Notes under the pieces: model-generated
Database searches by the model: none
What the model saw: the letters and a program-made list of their open reading frames with translations, nothing else
What the model was told of the DNA's origin: nothing
NCBI RefSeq assembly: GCF_006345805.1
Contig: NW_021832533.1
Span: 227,663 to 291,662 of the forward strand
Origin: Octopus sinensis
Lineage: Eukaryota
Direction of reading: 5' to 3'
DNA: 64,000 nt
Program-made: the position numbers and the translations under genes
Shown here: piece after piece, positions 59,600 through 64,000 of the stretch
Layout of the letters: each line of letters opens with the position of its first letter
How positions within the stretch are numbered: position 1 is the stretch's first letter

Positions 59600-59890
59600 G
59601 TCGTACATCTCGTAAATTTCGTTATTTGTCGCATATTCCACATTTTTCTTTACGAATAATGCCATAATATTCTTCCGATAACGAAAACCAACAAAACTGG
59701 CCAACCCAAAAGTATAACAAAGAGAACAATCATCGCAATATATATCCCGTCCACTGATTTGTGGACATTCAAGGAATCATTGGATAACAAATTTACGCTG
59801 AAAGTATATTTGAGGCAAGAATGCTTTCGTGAAATAGCAGTTATCGTCAATGTATAGTTCTCTCTCAAAGACGGTTGAATTTCCATAACA
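59600..59890 (-). pseudogene. Cadherin-like last-domain plus TM fragment
   Basis: LRENYTLTITA (cadherin-like strand) then DGIYIAMIVLFVILLGWPVLLVFVIGRILW. Confidence 0.55.
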
Positions 59891-60076
59891 AACTGTATCA
59901 GGACAATAACGAAATTTATGAATTGTGTGATATTTAATCATTTATCGAGATTATTATTGTTTGTAAGTTCTTTATTGTATTATATCTCACTATTTCAAGT
60001 CAATTTAAAAGTTATGATGCATTAGGTAAAACTAATTGTTTAGTCAAAACAAATAAGTAATCCCAGTTAGTAAATA

Positions 60077-60733
60077 TCACTTCCAGTCACACTTGTCGTA
60101 GTCCCACATGGAGGAGATTCCAGTAATGGGGTCCTTGTTCTGTCTGAGCATCCTCTTGATCTGTGCCTCCTTCGACTGAACAGACAAATAGGAGGGGTAT
60201 TCGGGCATGACTGAGGCATTGGGCAGGAGAAACCAACCGAGAGTCTTGATGGAGGACATGAGGAGACAGGCAATGCCCACAGCAATGAGGACGTGGGAGA
60301 CCACCTTCTTCCGAAGACCAGTCTTGGCCCGACACTCACTGAGAGTATGTCGAAAGGAGGCACGGTACACTTAGACAGGTCAGCCAACATTCTCACGTGC
60401 CTTCTTGTCCTCCACACTCAGGGACTTCCAGTCGGCCTGTTCCTTCACTCGGAGAGCCATCACTTGGGGAGTGTTGGCCATGAACCGGACTGGAGGAAAT
60501 GGAAAGTCCAGTCTGTCCACGTAGCGCATGTTGTTCTCATAGTTCGGGCCCACAATGTCCCGGTCTCCCACCTGCGGGTATATTTGTTCCTTCAGTTCTG
60601 GGCGGTCGAAGATTATGGCCTCGCTCGAAGGGTTTTTTGGGACTATTCCCACAGGAGTGCTTATCTGTCTGCATAATGACACCTTTCTCTTTAATCGTGC
60701 TTCACTAACCTTCCGAGTTAGACGCACTAGCAT
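60077..60733 (-). CDS. COX4: Cytochrome c oxidase subunit 4 (nuclear-encoded)
   Basis: YVDRLDFPFPPVRF..ALRVKEQADWKSLSVEDKKA, 27-nt intron (60370-60396), LYRASF..DPITGISSMWDYDKCDWK*. Confidence 0.93.
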
Positions 60734-61604
60734 TTATTATAATTATTCTATTTATTTAATCTATATGAAAATATAATTTCGCTATTGTTAAATAACAATC
60801 GGGTTTTTTAGTAAATGACATAAAGCAACCTGAGGCACATCAATTAAATGGTTAGTAACATTAAGATATTCTGCAGTCACAAATGACGAAATTGTTTTGA
60901 CCCAACCTTTCACTTACTGGAGTTAAGGCATTCAGAATTTTCCTAAAACATCAGGAGTTTAACATTAGCCAATAAAATCAATCGGAGAAGGAAGCTACGG
61001 TGCCTTGATGACTTAGATATCCGACACTCCGATTTCAAAATCATTTTATATGATCTATTAAATCGCTTATATTGTTTTTAAAGCATTTTGGTGAATTTCA
61101 AATGAAAAAATCAAACCATAATATAAAAATATGACGTTGGGGAGAAAATATTCTTTATCGATCTAGATTATTAAGAATCAGCATATTTTAAGCCTATATT
61201 CAGATTAAAAAAACTGATCAAAGTCAATTTTGTAATAATTTGTTATAAAGTTACTGTAATGAAAAAACTTGCAAATTGAAAAATTTCCTAACATTGTTCG
61301 TTTTCAAAAAATATTCCATTAAATTTTTTTTGACAATTCACTGTCATTTGTGGAGTTTAAAATACTTTTGTAAGTCACATAGGTGAACCATGTTTTGAAC
61401 GTTGTTCAGTGAAGAAATTCTAATAATTGTCACAATTTTTAGAAGTTTATTTTTTAACAATAAAAATGTAATCTTTGAGTTTTCCTTTCTTTTAGAATAA
61501 ATGTAACCTCAAAATATAAAGCAGTGGTAATTGCAATACGATCCTATGACTAGCGTTTGCTTATTTGATCAGTTTCATTAATTATTGAAATTATAATCTG
61601 CCAC

Positions 61605-62430
61605 ATGGGCAGCCTTTTAGATTTTTTAACCCTTTTTAGATATTTGTTTCGCCTAAATGGACCATGCAACTTTCTTCAATCAAACAATGAGTCTGAATTT
61701 AAAAATCAAAAAATAACACAACTATGCGTTGATTTTAACATCAAACAAATCCACAGAAGGCCCAATAATCCTCGGACTCAAGTAATTATCGAAAGATTTA
61801 ATCAAACGATAATTAGGAAGTTGTTAAAAATATGGACAGCAGTAAAAAAAGTGGGTTGATAAATTAAAAAATGCTTTGTACAGTTGTAACATATCTGTCC
61901 ATTCATTTTCTAACGAAAGTCTTTTCAAAAAATAAATTCAATTAGATAATTTAAGTGATGAGTGTGAATTCGAAAAAATAAAGAATTTTGTTAATTGTCC
62001 GACTCCCGAATTTATTGAAAATTCATGTAATTCGGTTTAAAATGTATATCTAGATTATTCCCATTCAGACAATTTGTTTCCAACCGCGAAGAGATTAAAT
62101 TTAAAAATCAACTCAATTGATGAAAATTCAAGTTATTACAAAGTTGTGACCAGGAGAATAAATGTTCATAATAGTAAGTATACTTTTAGAGTGAGAGAGA
62201 AAGTACTAATTAGAAACATTAATAAATAGGTTCGGGTTGAAAAGGATTTTGGAACAAATCCTTCATTGCGACTGGATAAGGTTGAGTCTCCGTGTTATTC
62301 TGCTGCAGAAATTATTAATATTTTGTGGAATAATCGTATTGAGGTAGTTTTGAATATTTTAATTTAATAGATAACTAATTAGAATGAAGAAATATCGACT
62401 ATACTAATCACTAAACTAAAAAATAGCTAG
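61605..62430 (+). mobile_element. Ginger-like integrase remnant
   Basis: LQSNNESEFKN..LCVDFNIKQIHRRPNNPRTQVIIERFNQT and KDFGTNPS..KVESP. Confidence 0.7.
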
Positions 62431-63639
62431 CTACATTTTATTCTTGTGGTTTTAATAAAATAAAATTAATTGAAGAAGGGAAACCCATTCAAGGAAAAGG
62501 TGTCCCATGCAGAGGAATTTCGGTCGGATATAAAGAAATGCACGCCGATTGAATTCCTTTGCAGAATGAAGAGAAGGCGTTTTCGGGATACGGTTGGGTC
62601 ATCAGAAGATCAAGTATGGAGAGTCCGGCTGCTTTTGGAGGCAGGGATCACCTAATTGATTAGTTTTGACCCATCTTTCTCGTTGATCTTGGAGTTAGTT
62701 AGTTAATGCACGTTCGCGTTGCCAGTAAACAAAGTTTATGGTTTCGCTTGTGCCATGTTTTTAACTATTCTTGTCGTTAGCCCCTTCCATCCCTTCCGTC
62801 GTCTTGCCCTCTTTCCGATTTCGTCCAGATCGTCTGCATCCATCAATCGGCCTCCGATCATAGCATATTCCTTCGTAAGTATTCCCGGAAGACAGTCTTG
62901 GAGTTAATAAATAAAAGAAATCTTAGTTCAAGGTTAATGTACAGGCTGCCAATAGATATCGCATGGCCCATGTGAATTAGAATACTATTATTCAAGTAAA
63001 AATTAATTCCACCTATTAAAACACGTAATCAATGTAAGCCTATCTTATCATTTAAATAAAAAAGGTTATTATTTATGGAAAAAATATGACAAATAATTAA
63101 TGAATAGACTGAGGCAGTTTAGAAGATCTGACAGTTTAAATAACGATTTGTCCAGACAATAAAAACAGATACACTGAATGATTTAGGCCTGAAAAATATT
63201 AACAGTCAATATTCCCAATCGATTAATATTGTATGGTATCACTTTCCCATATCAAAAAATAAGGAATAAAAAATTGTTTTTAAAAATCATTGCCTTTGTT
63301 TAGAAAAAAGCATCTCGAGAGTGCTTAATCTAGTCTTTAGAATTAATTTGTAATGAATTATTGAAATGATAAGGAATGGTGTGGTTTTGTAATTTTAGAC
63401 GCATTATATTACAGTAAAATAACAATGCAGTGAGTGCAATTAAGACACATTCAAAATGGTTGAAAAATATTCCCTAATTTATTGGAGTGCCCTGATTTTA
63501 ACATTTGGAGTGTTTTTGTGCATTTGGGCAATCGAAAATATTATGTAAAACAATCCATGATTTGTTTACTGCTCAAATATGATTACGGCGTTATTAAACA
63601 GTATATAAACAAATATTCCGGTGATGCTAATCCTTCTTA

Positions 63640-64000
63640 ATGGTTGGCAGTGTAAACACTAACTTGTATAGAATATACTACTACTCACTTTACTCGCCAC
63701 TTTCATTCACTCTGAAACCATACAACTATACAAGACAATAAAAGAAGAGATTCCTGTTGGCACTGTCATATACAACTTCTGCCAAGGGACTGGTGTGCAG
63801 TGTGGAGACTACACAGATATTATGTATTTAAATATGTATTTCTCAGCTAATCTATCAGGAGAAATAATGGTTAAATAAATATAACTTAATTAAATTAGGT
63901 GGTGTATCGAATAGATTACGAAAAAATTGTTTTGAGCAGTCAAGAGGGAATAATTAACTTGGAACTGATTCTTACAAAAAATGATGAAATAGATATAGTA
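63640..64000 (+). CDS. Cadherin-family protein, 5' part, paralogue of 32160-33549 (runs off the window)
   Basis: ATG, 29-nt intron, NILLLTLLATFIHSETIQLYKTIKEEIPVGT..GEIM, 29-nt intron, VVYRIDYE. Confidence 0.8.

Overview
AT-rich animal genomic DNA with very short GT-AG introns (mostly 23-31 nt). With metazoan genes present, this points to a dicyemid or similarly reduced parasitic animal (inference). Much of the window is transposable elements, often nested: a 14.7-kb Helitron containing an inverted deletion-derivative Helitron that contains a LINE; Tc1 inside an IS630/Tc1 element; hAT inside an R4/Dong-like RT; Ginger2 inside pogo; a SINE inside a Merlin inside a Ginger-like relic; and a full-length Vingi-like LINE with a 5' pseudoknot and a 2A-like peptide. 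Host genes decoded by manual splicing: anillin, coactosin-like, SmD2, COX4, a FERM protein, cadherins and a cluster of small secreted LRR genes. The most striking signal is that LRR cluster (19.9-32.1 kb). Two recent duplicates have near-identical introns and flanks but about 30 amino-acid changes, concentrated on the LRR beta-strand face. The cadherin paralogues show a similar pattern in their first domain. All alignments, counts and gene models are by eye and need computational confirmation.
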